In this document: positions 49,528 through 60,163 of the stretch, one piece after another
How positions within the stretch are numbered: the stretch's first letter is position 1
How the letters are laid out: the number at the start of each line of letters is the position of its first letter
Assembly: GCA_964536725.1 (NCBI GenBank)
Contig: CAZHYJ010000006.1
Location: 482 to 64,481, forward strand
DNA: 64,000 bases
Direction: 5' to 3'
Origin: an uncultured Gammaproteobacteria bacterium
GTDB taxonomy: Bacteria; Patescibacteriota; Patescibacteriia; Magasanikbacterales; GWA2-37-8
Translations under genes and position numbers: made by a program
Notes under the pieces: model-generated
Databases searched by the model: none
Told to the model about the DNA's origin: nothing
Seen by the model: the letters and a program-made list of their open reading frames with translations, nothing else

Positions 49528-50010
49528 TTATTTGGAAAAACGAGCAAAATGGGCAAAAGCTTTGTTCGCTTCAGCCATACGATGCATATCATCGCGCTTG
49601 CGTACAGCATCACCAGTGTTGTTGAATGCGTCCAAGAAAACGGTGGCCAAACGCAAATACATTGGCTGACCTTTTTTAGCACGAGCCGCATCAATGATCC
49701 AACGGAAAGCCAAAGCGTTCTGGCGTTCACCACGAACTGGCATTGGCACTTGATAGTTGGCACCACCGACACGACGAGAACGTACTTCAACCTGAGGTTG
49801 AACGTTGCGAATCGCATCATCAAAAATTTGTACTGGGGTTTTTTTAGCGTCAACACTCGCTTTTTCTAAAGCGGAGTAAACAATCGTTTGAGCAATAGTT
49901 TTCTTACCACCCATCATTACATAGTTGGTAAATTTGGCCAACATTGGGTTACCAAATCGTGGATCACCCTTTGGCGCTTCTTTGGAAATTTTTCTTGCAC
50001 CTCTACTCAT
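49528..50010 (-). CDS. rpsG: 30S ribosomal protein S7
   Basis: SRRVGGANYQVP, HRMAEANKAFAHF. Confidence 0.98.
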   Translation of the reverse strand: MSRGARKISKEAPKGDPRFGNPMLAKFTNYVMMGGKKTIAQTIVYSALEKASVDAKKTPVQIFDDAIRNVQPQVEVRSRRVGGANYQVPMPVRGERQNALAFRWIIDAARAKKGQPMYLRLATVFLDAFNNTGDAVRKRDDMHRMAEANKAFAHFARFSK

Positions 50011-50026
50011 ATAGTTTCAGTTAATA

Positions 50027-50464
50027 TTATTTCTTAACTACCTTCGCAGCTTTTGGTCGTTTTGAACCATACAAACTGCGTCCGCGTCGACGTGATTCGA
50101 TACCTTGGGAATCGTAAACACCGCGAACGATGTGGTAACGTACACCTGGCAAGTCTTTTACACGACCACCACGAATCAAAACGATAGAGTGCTCTTGTAA
50201 ATTGTGGCCTTCACCTGGGATGTAAGCAATAACTTCCATACCATTACTCAAACGTACTTTAGCAACCTTGCGCAAAGCGGAGTTTGGTTTTTTTGGAGTA
50301 GTAGTATACACCTTAGTACACACACCACGACGGAAACTACCGCCTTGGGTAATTATTTTCTTGCGGCGGTGCAAATTGTCTACTGTGAGTTGCAATGCCG
50401 GAGTTTTGGTCTTTGTGACCTTGTTGGTGCGACCCTTGCGGAGCACCTGGTTTAATGTAGGCAT
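50027..50464 (-). CDS. rpsL: 30S ribosomal protein S12
   Basis: [20 protein letters not shown]. Confidence 0.99.
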   Translation of the reverse strand: MPTLNQVLRKGRTNKVTKTKTPALQLTVDNLHRRKKIITQGGSFRRGVCTKVYTTTPKKPNSALRKVAKVRLSNGMEVIAYIPGEGHNLQEHSIVLIRGGRVKDLPGVRYHIVRGVYDSQGIESRRRGRSLYGSKRPKAAKVVKK

Positions 50465-50565
50465 AAAATTTTTTTAATTAAAAAAGCTGACCTTTTATAA
50501 ATCAGCCACGATTTTTTAAGGTCTGGCCCTCTTTTAGATAAAGAAGACACAGCGTTCTGAGGATA

Positions 50566-50594
50566 AGTATATACAAACCGCGCCAAAATGTCAA
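50566..50594 (-). promoter_or_regulatory. str operon promoter
   Basis: TTGACA-17-TATACT. Confidence 0.75.
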
Positions 50595-50683
50595 TATATT
50601 GTTATCCCCATGGCGATATTGCTAATATAGGTGATTATTTTACAAAAACAAGGTCTCCTGAACAGGCTTACCGCTCTTTAGTC

Positions 50684-52735
50684 CTATAAATCCTCCACAT
50701 CCCGCAAAAAACTTCCTGGCCGTTTTTGGGGCGGCTCGTCTTCCGACACGTATGAGATGTTTTCTTTAGGGTCATTTAAAATTGTCAGGTTGCTTGAAAA
50801 TGACTTGTCATCCAACAGCTCCGAATCAATTTCGGAAATAAAAGCACTGGGTTCGTTCATAAAATTTTCTCCCCACGAACTGTATTGGCTCTTTCCCCGA
50901 TTGTTCGCCATTGGAAAAGTCATAAACAAATATTTTTTGGCGCGAGTGACAGCGACGTAAAACAGACGTCGCTCTTCCTCTAACCCACCATCTTCACGCA
51001 AGGCGCGCTCATTCGGAAATGCGCCTTGTGATAAATTAATTACAAACACCGCGGACCATTCCAAACCTTTTGATTGGTGGATAGTTGATAAAACAATTTT
51101 CCCTTCTTTAATTTTTTCTTTTTTCTCTTTCTGCCTCTGCAAATTAAACGCTTCTTGCAAAGCGGCATCAGCCAAAAACTTTTCTAAATCTTCATAGCGC
51201 CCCGCGAACACAGCCAACTGTTTTAAATCTTCCAATCGTTCTGCGCTGTCCAGTTTTTCTGCTTCCAAATGTTGTTTGTATGGTGAAGCGATAATCTTGT
51301 TAACTAATTCCGCCGGATTCCCTGGTCCCGCTTCCAATAGTTTGTTCCAAATACGTAAAAAGTTCTGCCAACCACCCCGCGCTTTTTCTGACAAAACATT
51401 TCCCATGCTTTCTACCCCTTCAACACCCTCCAACCCTTTTACCTGATCGGTAATTTTACCCGCACTCCCTGGTCCAATACCTTCTTCAAACATCAACACC
51501 CGCATCCACGCTGTCACATCCGCTGGGTTGTTTAATATGCGCAAATATGCCAAAACATCCTTCACGTGTGAACGATCAAAAAAGCGTAAACCACCGCGAT
51601 AATCATAGTCAATACCGAGGCGCATTAATTCCAATTCCAATGCCTGTGAGTGGTGGGCCGCCCGAAACAAAACAGCAATTTCTTTTTCTTCCACCCCGTT
51701 TCTAAGTAGTGTTGCTACACTGTTGGCGACATAAATTGCCTCTTCGTTTTGATCACCATGCGGTAAAAATTCTGGCCGCACACCGGTAGACAAAATTGTT
51801 TTTAAATTCTTTTTGTATTGTTTTGGATTGTTTGCAATCACTGCGTTGGCGAGTGATAGAATTTCTTGGCTGGAACGATAGTTGGTTTCCAAACGAAAAA
51901 CTTTTGCATTAGAAAAATCTTTTTCAAATTGTAAAATATTTTCGATATTTGCTCCGCGAAAAGAATAGATACTTTGCGCATCATCACCTACTACCAAAAT
52001 ATTTTTATGTACACTCGCCATCTCTCTCACAATCGCTGCCTGGATTTTATTGGCATCTTGATATTCGTCCACTAAAATATATTGAAACTGTTCGGCGTAT
52101 TGTTTTTTTATCTCTTTGATTTCCAAAAGGTGCAGAGTATTAATCAGTAGATCATCAAAATCCATCGCATTGGCCTCTTTTTTCTTTTTCTCATAGGCCA
52201 TAGCGATTTTGGCAATCGAATCAGAAAAAACTATAAACTGCGGATAGCGTTCTTCAACGACTGTAATCACTGGTGTTTCGGTATTGCGCGAATAGCTGAT
52301 AATCCCCTGCAACACTCCAGCGGTAGGAAATTTTTTGCCTTTCGCCGCATTGGAAAAATCTTTCGCCGCTAATTTTATCAACGACTCATTGTCGTCGGTG
52401 TCTAAAATGGAAAAATTTTTTTGATAACCTAGTGCCTCAGCATGACGACGTAATAGCTTGTGACCAATACTGTGAAACGTCCCGGCCCAGGGTAATTTTT
52501 CTTCTTGACCGGTTAAGTTTTTAATTCTTTCTACCATTTCACCTGCCGCTTTGTTGGTAAAAGTCGCCAATAAAATATTTTCTGGTTTAATTCCCTGCTC
52601 CAGTAAATATGCGACACGGTAAGTAATTACGCGCGTTTTCCCCGATCCTGCCCCAGCCAAAACCAAACACGGCCCATCGCCGTGCTCAACAACTGCCAAC
52701 TGTTCAGAATTTAATTCTTGAGAAAAATTGATCAT
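50684..52735 (-). CDS. pcrA: UvrD/PcrA-family SF1 helicase
   Basis: AGAGSGKT, TFTNKAA, VDEYQD, TNYRS, EERRLFYVAVTRA. Confidence 0.92.
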   Translation of the reverse strand: MINFSQELNSEQLAVVEHGDGPCLVLAGAGSGKTRVITYRVAYLLEQGIKPENILLATFTNKAAGEMVERIKNLTGQEEKLPWAGTFHSIGHKLLRRHAEALGYQKNFSILDTDDNESLIKLAAKDFSNAAKGKKFPTAGVLQGIISYSRNTETPVITVVEERYPQFIVFSDSIAKIAMAYEKKKKEANAMDFDDLLINTLHLLEIKEIKKQYAEQFQYILVDEYQDANKIQAAIVREMASVHKNILVVGDDAQSIYSFRGANIENILQFEKDFSNAKVFRLETNYRSSQEILSLANAVIANNPKQYKKNLKTILSTGVRPEFLPHGDQNEEAIYVANSVATLLRNGVEEKEIAVLFRAAHHSQALELELMRLGIDYDYRGGLRFFDRSHVKDVLAYLRILNNPADVTAWMRVLMFEEGIGPGSAGKITDQVKGLEGVEGVESMGNVLSEKARGGWQNFLRIWNKLLEAGPGNPAELVNKIIASPYKQHLEAEKLDSAERLEDLKQLAVFAGRYEDLEKFLADAALQEAFNLQRQKEKKEKIKEGKIVLSTIHQSKGLEWSAVFVINLSQGAFPNERALREDGGLEEERRLFYVAVTRAKKYLFMTFPMANNRGKSQYSSWGENFMNEPSAFISEIDSELLDDKSFSSNLTILNDPKENISYVSEDEPPQKRPGSFLRDVEDL

Positions 52736-52744
52736 GAACAAAAA

Positions 52745-53359
52745 CTAATCTACTTCATTTATCGCATCACTTTTACCAACCAATTCAACTAATTCTCCGG
52801 CGTTAATTTCCAACCAATCAAGAATTTCCCCTTTATCACCTTTAAATTCTTTTACAATATTTGGTCTTTTATTACCACCAATTCTTTCTCCGTAAATCCT
52901 TAAAATATAACGCCCACGCTGACTTGGATCAATCACTACCCTGCCATCTAAGTCATGCTTGGATAATATTATTTCAATTTGTTTTTTAGTATCTGCTGGT
53001 TTTTCTTTATCAACCTTGTCAACATTGGCCACCCGCACAAACAATTGTTCGTCCGCTTTTTTCATTTTTTCTTTATACAACCCCAACAAACACAGTCTCC
53101 CCTCTGGTGTTAATTCACCATTAGATACATACTGTGGTTCAATATATGCATTATACTGATCAGTTAAATCCTTTCCCCAAAACTGATGTGCCCAATCTAT
53201 CAATGTATTTTCGGGAATAGTACCTATCTGACTTTCTTTTAAATCAGTATAATCAATGCCAGCGTTCATTTTTGCCTCTGCCTCCGCTCTTTTTTTAGCC
53301 TCCCAAACAGCAAAATGTTCCCCTCCTAAACCTATTCCTGGACTATCATGGTCGCCCAT
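52745..53359 (-). CDS. hypothetical protein
   Basis: 204-aa ATG-initiated ORF; no recognised motif. Confidence 0.75.
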   Translation of the reverse strand: MGDHDSPGIGLGGEHFAVWEAKKRAEAEAKMNAGIDYTDLKESQIGTIPENTLIDWAHQFWGKDLTDQYNAYIEPQYVSNGELTPEGRLCLLGLYKEKMKKADEQLFVRVANVDKVDKEKPADTKKQIEIILSKHDLDGRVVIDPSQRGRYILRIYGERIGGNKRPNIVKEFKGDKGEILDWLEINAGELVELVGKSDAINEVD

Positions 53360-53431
53360 ATATAAATATAATAAATAAAATTAAGCTTTCACATTCTACC
53401 ACACCTTGATTTCTTAGGCAAAAAAGGTTAG

Positions 53432-54598
<1,167 letters not shown>

Positions 54599-54616
54599 TA
54601 AAAATATATTTTCACA

Positions 54617-54644
54617 AAAAATCCCGGGTAGTCCGGGATTTTTT
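54617..54644. terminator. bidirectional terminator between tgt and gpmI
   Basis: AAAAATCCCGG-GTAGT-CCGGGATTTTT. Confidence 0.8.
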
Positions 54645-54647
54645 CTT

Positions 54648-56156
54648 TTACTTTATCAAAGATCCACTTGTCATCTCCGCCGGTTTGTCTAATCCCATAA
54701 CATGTAAAACTGTGGGCGCAATTTGATGTAAGTGACCAACGGGCTCTAACACAATATTCTTATCAACCACTACCAATGGCACCTCATTAAAAGTGTGCGC
54801 AGTATGTGGTTCGCCGTTTTCCCACATGTGTTCAATATTGCCGTGATCAGCAGTAATGAGTGTGATATATCCATTCTTTTCTGCCGCTGGAATAATTTGC
54901 GACAAAGCAACATCAACCGCTTGTACTGCTTTTATCCCCGCCTCTAAACTCCCAGAGTGACCAACCATATCACCATTGGCAATATTACAAACCACCAGAT
55001 CAAACACTTTGTTGTCTAGTGCTCGCACCAACGAACTAGTAATTTCGGGCAAACCCATCTCTGGGTTGGATGCATAGTTAGTTAACCCAAGTGATGGGAT
55101 AATCAACCGATCTTCGCCTGCAAAAACTTCTTCTCGTCCGCCATTTAAAAAATATGTGACATGCGCTTGCTTTTCTGTTTCTGTGATTCTGAGCTGTCTC
55201 AACCCTTTACTTGCAACCCACTCACCCAAGGTATTAGTCGGGGATTCTGTCGGATACATCACCCACACTTCGCGATATTCTGAATCATATTCTGTTAAAC
55301 TTGCTAAATGTAAATTTTCTGGAACAACGACCGTTTGTTGCATGGCGTGCGGGGCAATTTTTGTAAACAAGCGTACCAACTGACGCATGCGGTCAGCACG
55401 GAAGTTAAAAAATATTACCGCATCATTTTCTGCCACTCCCCAATCATTAAACCGCGTTGGTTCGACAAACTCATCACCAATTTTTTCTTGGTAGTTTTTT
55501 TCTAAAACATTTTCCACTGTCTCGTTAGATATTTCGGTTGTAGTAGTCAGTAGATTAAAGGCAGTAATTGTTCTCTCCCATTTTTCTCCTCGATCCATTG
55601 CGATTGAGCGACCACAGATTGTAGAAATTTTAACATCTTCACCAATTTCTTTTAAAACAGTCTCGCGTAAAAGTTGTAGTGCACTTGTTGGTGGCATATC
55701 GCGCCCATCCAAAAAAAGATGCAGAGCAACTTGTTTAATTTTTTCTCTCCTCGCCCAACTAATTAAGGCGATAATATGGTTAACGTGGGAATGAATTCCG
55801 CCACTGCTCAACAACCCAACCAAATGTAGTTTGCCACCATCTTTTTCCAAGTGTTCTTTGGTTTTAATTAATATTTTGTTCTCGTTCCAGCTTCCGTCCG
55901 CAATGGACCGATCAATTTTGGCAACATTCTGCCAAACCACCCGTCCCGCACCAATTGTCATATGTCCAACTTCCGACCCAGACAAACAACCACTTGGTAA
56001 ACCAACCGATTCTTCTTTGCAGTGTATTAAAGAGTGGGGATATTGGCCATATATTTCGTTCCAAAACTTAGGTTGTGCTTGAAAAATGACATTATGGTCG
56101 CTGTTTTGGACAATTCCCCAGCCGTCCAAGATCAAAAGTAGTGCTTTTTTGTGCAT
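54648..56156 (-). CDS. gpmI: 2,3-bisphosphoglycerate-independent phosphoglycerate mutase
   Basis: ILDGWG, SEVGH, DGRD, NFRADR, DMVGH, ADHGN, HTAHT. Confidence 0.97.
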   Translation of the reverse strand: MHKKALLLILDGWGIVQNSDHNVIFQAQPKFWNEIYGQYPHSLIHCKEESVGLPSGCLSGSEVGHMTIGAGRVVWQNVAKIDRSIADGSWNENKILIKTKEHLEKDGGKLHLVGLLSSGGIHSHVNHIIALISWARREKIKQVALHLFLDGRDMPPTSALQLLRETVLKEIGEDVKISTICGRSIAMDRGEKWERTITAFNLLTTTTEISNETVENVLEKNYQEKIGDEFVEPTRFNDWGVAENDAVIFFNFRADRMRQLVRLFTKIAPHAMQQTVVVPENLHLASLTEYDSEYREVWVMYPTESPTNTLGEWVASKGLRQLRITETEKQAHVTYFLNGGREEVFAGEDRLIIPSLGLTNYASNPEMGLPEITSSLVRALDNKVFDLVVCNIANGDMVGHSGSLEAGIKAVQAVDVALSQIIPAAEKNGYITLITADHGNIEHMWENGEPHTAHTFNEVPLVVVDKNIVLEPVGHLHQIAPTVLHVMGLDKPAEMTSGSLIK

Positions 56157-56246
56157 AGTATTTTAATTTAGCTTAAATATTCTATCACAATTGATTGTAA
56201 AGTAAAATTTATTCTTTTTTACATGAAAAATACCAAGCAGCTAAAA

Positions 56247-56394
56247 TTTGTATACACTAGTCTATACAAACTGTGGATAACTTTGTGTATAACCACCCTC
56301 TAAGGGGGATAACTTTATTTAACTTTCATAATATTTCCGCTAATCTGAAAGAAAATATGGTTAGTTTGTGTTTGTATACACTAGTGTATACAAA
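56247..56394. promoter_or_regulatory. pair of 24-bp palindromic operator-like sites bracketing DnaA-box-like motifs
   Basis: TTTGTATACACTAGT(C/G)TATACAAA at 56247-56270 and 56371-56394; TGTGGATAA at 56272 and TGTGTATAA at 56284. Confidence 0.65.
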
Positions 56395-56458
56395 TTTTAT
56401 GGTAAAAATGCCTGTTTTTGGCCTTTTCTTGGCTTATATTAGGCAAAAAGGTCGCTTC

Positions 56459-56487
56459 TTGACAGTACTTGTGAAATATGGTATAGT
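56459..56487 (+). promoter_or_regulatory. strong sigma70 promoter
   Basis: TTGACA-17-TATAGT. Confidence 0.8.
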
Positions 56488-56493
56488 ATATAG

Positions 56494-56825
56494 CGTGATG
56501 TTAGTTCATTCACATTTCAATATCCACCTTGTGTGGATAAAACCCATACTGACTTCCCAACTTGGAAATAGATCGGCTACTGCCAAAAACTACAGCTAAA
56601 AAGTAGTAGTAGATCTGTACTTCCTCTCTGGTAACTCCAATTTTTGTGCTCGCTTGCCGTTTGTGCAGCTGGCGCACGGAGTAATACCTCCCAGGCGGTC
56701 GGATGGTTTACCTGTCAAAGGTTCTCGACATGTGCTGCGCAAGCGGCCGTGATCATCCTTTGTACAGGATGCCTAAGGGCGAGAGTCTTAAAATTATATT
56801 TATTGGATTTCTACGCCCTTTTTTT
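56494..56825 (+). ncRNA. unidentified structured RNA (~330 nt)
   Basis: Lies between a promoter and an AAGGGCG..CGCCCTT-TTTTT terminator; GC-rich hairpins including GCTGC-GCAA-GCGGC; no convincing long ORF. Confidence 0.55.
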
Positions 56826-56925
56826 ATTCTCATTTTTTCCTTTTACCGCCACCTTGTTGACTCCAACAGGGTTTTATAATATAATAGGGGCGTATTGAGG
56901 CTGGTTGCCTTTTTTGCTTTATGCT

Positions 56926-57008
56926 TATATATCTGCTAAAGCGATATATTCTCATTCGTTCGGAAATGAAAAAACATTTTTCGTTTCTCTCGCCACATTT
57001 CGAATATG
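56926..57008 (+). repeat. dispersed repeat, copy C, ending in the ATG of the DksA/TraR gene
   Basis: GCTAAAGCGATATATTCTCATTCGTTC...CATTTCGAATATG. Confidence 0.8.
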
Positions 57009-57383
57009 ACTAATAAAAAAACAACTTTCTCTGATGACTTCTTAAAAAAGATTCACACCGCCCTTTTAGAAGAAAAGGTTCGTTTGGAAAAAGAACTGCC
57101 TTCTATTTCTGATCCTTCTCAAACTAGTGGGGCTTTCCCCTCTTATGGTGACAAGGAAGACGAGAACGCTTCTGAGGTGGCTGACTATGCTGCCAACTTA
57201 ACTTTGGAAGAAACTCTTGCTAAATCTCTGCGCGATGTAGTCAAATCACTAAAACGTTTGGAAGATGGTAGTTATGGTGTTTGCAAATACTGCAAAAAAC
57301 CAATTGAAGAAAAACGTCTTTTGGCTCGTCCGACTTCTTCTGCCTGTGTGGAATGCAAAAAAACAATTGTTCAAGAAGTCTAA
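57006..57383 (+). CDS. TraR/DksA C4-type zinc finger protein
   Basis: GSYGVCKYC..PI...RL.ARP....CVEC. Confidence 0.92.
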   Translation: MTNKKTTFSDDFLKKIHTALLEEKVRLEKELPSISDPSQTSGAFPSYGDKEDENASEVADYAANLTLEETLAKSLRDVVKSLKRLEDGSYGVCKYCKKPIEEKRLLARPTSSACVECKKTIVQEV

Positions 57384-57388
57384 AGAAT

Positions 57389-57808
57389 ATGTTAAAAACA
57401 GCCTACCTCTTTTTTATTGGTGGGCTTTTTTTTATTCTCGATCAAACATTAAAATATTTTTCTCATAATATTTGGACAGAAAAAAATCTTCTATCCAAAT
57501 TTTTTGGTTGGTATCCGTTTGAAAACACGGGGGTCGCATTTGGTATTCCGGTTCCATCATTTATTATTATCGTCCTATCGCTAATTATTTTATTTCTACT
57601 AATTTACTTATTAAAAAATTCTTCACCAGATAATCATTTATACCGATTAGGATTGTTGTTAATTATTTTTGGCGCCACCTCAAATCTACTCGACCGTATA
57701 TTGTTTGGCTTCACCACCGATTATTTATTAATACTCACCAGTGTGATAAACTTAGCAGACGTTATGATCGTCACTGGTTTCACATTATTTATTTTTACCA
57801 GAAAGTGA
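57389..57808 (+). CDS. lspA: lipoprotein signal peptidase II
   Basis: DQ..K, NTGVAFG, GA.SNL.DR, NLAD. Confidence 0.9.
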   Translation: MLKTAYLFFIGGLFFILDQTLKYFSHNIWTEKNLLSKFFGWYPFENTGVAFGIPVPSFIIIVLSLIILFLLIYLLKNSSPDNHLYRLGLLLIIFGATSNLLDRILFGFTTDYLLILTSVINLADVMIVTGFTLFIFTRK

Positions 57809-57905
57809 GTGTTTGATATTTTTTGAGCGGGTTATGCGCCGGGGCACATCCTTTCGCCCTCGCGGGCGAAAAAAGCGAAAAAATTATCAAACACTCACTT
57901 TCTGG
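57798..57905. mobile_element. MITE-like element, 21-bp perfect TIR flanked by a TTA direct repeat
   Basis: tta|CCAGAAAGTGAGTGTTTGATA...TATCAAACACTCACTTTCTGG|tta. Confidence 0.7.
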
Positions 57906-57925
57906 TTACCTTAATAAGGAGGGCT

Positions 57926-59437
57926 ATGTTTCTCAAACTAAAATCCGCTGCGCGCGTAGGAATAAACTGCCTACCCATGGATATTGAAATTGATATTGCG
58001 CGTGGCCAAACAAATTTTAATATTGTCGGCCTCGCCAACACCGCTATCCAAGAATCCCGCGACCGCATTCACTCCGCACTAAAAAATTCCGATTTCTCTT
58101 ACCCAATTAATTTTCGAACAATAATAAACTTAGCACCAGCTGACATTCCTAAAGAAGGCACAGCTTATGATTTGCCAATGGCGTTAGGAATTGCCGCTAT
58201 AAACCAACTATTTTCTTCATCACTAGACAACTCTTTTGTGTTGGGACAACTCGGCCTAGACGGTTCTACTCGCCACACCAATGGCATACTACCTTTGGTG
58301 TTGTTCGCTCGCAAACAAGGAGTTAAATCCGTTTTTATCCCCGAAGAAAACGCAGCGGAGGCCTCCCTTGCCGAAGGAGTAGATATTTACCCGGTAAAAA
58401 ATTTAAGGCAATTATTCGAACATTTTTTTGAACAAAAAGAAATCTGTCCGTATAACAAAATATCGACAAAATACAAAGAAGAGACGTTTGGTATTGAAAC
58501 AGATTTTAGTTTCGTCCACGGCCAACAGTTGGCCAAACGTGCCTTGGAAATCGCTGCCGCTGGTGGACACAACGTCTTAATGGCCGGACCGCCTGGGTCA
58601 GGAAAAACATTGTTAGCAAAAACATTACCTACGATTTTGCCGCCCCTCACAAAAGAAGAATCTTTGGAAGTAACACAAATTTATTCCATCGCGGGATTAT
58701 TAAAAAATTCACAAAGCACCACTCGCCCGTTTCGTTCGCCTCACTCCACCATTTCCAACATCGCGCTTGTTGGTGGTGGGCGCGTACCTCGTCCGGGAGA
58801 AATTTCTTTAGCCCATCGCGGTGTTTTATTTTTAGATGAGTTTCCCCAATACTCCAGACAAGCACTAGAATCTTTGCGCCAACCACTGGAAGATGGTGTG
58901 GTAACTGTTTCCCGCGCGCAAGGCACAATTACGTTGCCCGCAAATTTTGTTTTAATTGCCAGCCAAAATCCTTGCCCCTGCGGATTTTATCTTGATCCGG
59001 AAAAACCTTGCACTTGCACCGCGCACGAAGTGGCACAATATCAGAAAAAAATTAGTGGGCCAATTTTAGATAGAATTGATTTACAAATTCAAGTACCGCG
59101 AATAAAAATTTCTGAGTTGACACAAAATGAAAATACGGAAAACTCTACAACCGTACGCGAACGAGTAATTGCAGCGCGCGAATTACAAACCGAGCGTTTT
59201 GGTCGACCAGATAAAACCAATAAAGAAATGACGAACTTGGATTTAAAAACTTTTTGTCCATTAGATGATTCTGGTTGGGAAATAATCCGCTCGGCTTCGG
59301 AACGACTTCAACTTTCCGCCCGCGCCTGTCACCGCATTATCAAAGTCGCACGCACAATCGCCGACTTAGCCAAAAGTGAAAAGATAAAAATTGAACATTT
59401 GGCCGAAGCAATTCAATATCGTTTTAATGAAAACTAA
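57926..59437 (+). CDS. comM: ComM/YifB Mg-chelatase-like AAA+ helicase
   Basis: NLAPAD, GPPGSGKT, RPFRSPH, GEISLAH.GVLFLDE, NPCPCG. Confidence 0.93.
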   Translation: MFLKLKSAARVGINCLPMDIEIDIARGQTNFNIVGLANTAIQESRDRIHSALKNSDFSYPINFRTIINLAPADIPKEGTAYDLPMALGIAAINQLFSSSLDNSFVLGQLGLDGSTRHTNGILPLVLFARKQGVKSVFIPEENAAEASLAEGVDIYPVKNLRQLFEHFFEQKEICPYNKISTKYKEETFGIETDFSFVHGQQLAKRALEIAAAGGHNVLMAGPPGSGKTLLAKTLPTILPPLTKEESLEVTQIYSIAGLLKNSQSTTRPFRSPHSTISNIALVGGGRVPRPGEISLAHRGVLFLDEFPQYSRQALESLRQPLEDGVVTVSRAQGTITLPANFVLIASQNPCPCGFYLDPEKPCTCTAHEVAQYQKKISGPILDRIDLQIQVPRIKISELTQNENTENSTTVRERVIAARELQTERFGRPDKTNKEMTNLDLKTFCPLDDSGWEIIRSASERLQLSARACHRIIKVARTIADLAKSEKIKIEHLAEAIQYRFNEN

Positions 59438-59481
59438 AAAAACACCACGACCTAAGTCGCGGTGTTTTGAAATTTTTAGAT

Positions 59482-60021
59482 TTACTTCTTAGCAACTGCT
59501 TTTGTGACATAATAGATCTCCACCTCTACTCGCTTCACACCAAAGGCATTAACCTCGGCACGAGGAGCGTCCATCCAAATATCCATACGGCCGTAGCCAT
59601 AACGAGCATTCATACGATCATCCACAGTGAAGATTTTATCACCATACAATGATGGAATCTTAATCTTCGTACCCATTGGCAAGAAGTTGGCCGCAATCAT
59701 ACCATCATATACATGCTTTCCTGAAGCAGCAATGAACGGGTCATCATCACACTGGTCAACAGTGGAAGAATAGGCAGTAATAACCGCCTGAACCTTCTTA
59801 TCTGGCATTACCACCTCAGTTTTAGGGTAAAACATGCGGTTCGCCATGGTAGAAGAAAGGGTGTGTTCGCGGTTTTTTTGGCTAAACACAGGGATTTCTA
59901 GGCTGTTTTTAGCTGAAACAACAGCCGGACTGAAAGCATTCCACAAGAAAACGCTTAACAGAGCCAAATCCACCACTACTTCCAAGGCCTTTTCGATTGT
60001 TTTTCGCTTAAATAAGCTCAT
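59482..60021 (-). CDS. 3D-domain (lytic transglycosylase-like) protein
   Basis: TAYSS..DQ.D..PF..ASG, AANFLP.GT, DDRM, MDIW. Confidence 0.88.
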   Translation of the reverse strand: MSLFKRKTIEKALEVVVDLALLSVFLWNAFSPAVVSAKNSLEIPVFSQKNREHTLSSTMANRMFYPKTEVVMPDKKVQAVITAYSSTVDQCDDDPFIAASGKHVYDGMIAANFLPMGTKIKIPSLYGDKIFTVDDRMNARYGYGRMDIWMDAPRAEVNAFGVKRVEVEIYYVTKAVAKK

Positions 60022-60163
60022 ATTTTAGAAATTTAAAAGGTACTTTATAGGGTACCTCGCATTTCATAACACCGAAGTATACCAGAAAAAGGCAAATTTG
60101 TCAATATCCCCCAGGTGAGCTATAATTAGTAGATAAAACTCTGAACTTTTACTGTTTTTTCTT

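Noticed and set aside
47806-49869. Multiple overlapping ORFs within fusA/rpsG
   Set aside because: Antisense and alternative-frame shadows of highly codon-biased genes.
56247-56540. oriC
   Set aside because: Few DnaA boxes, no dnaA/dnaN nearby, and by eye the plus strand remains C-rich on both sides; a computed skew plot is needed to exclude it fully.
56689-56703. ZTP (pfl) riboswitch-like CCGACCGCCTGGG on the minus strand
   Set aside because: The required 5' GACTGGCG half is absent, and the promoter, terminator and G-U pairs indicate the plus strand.
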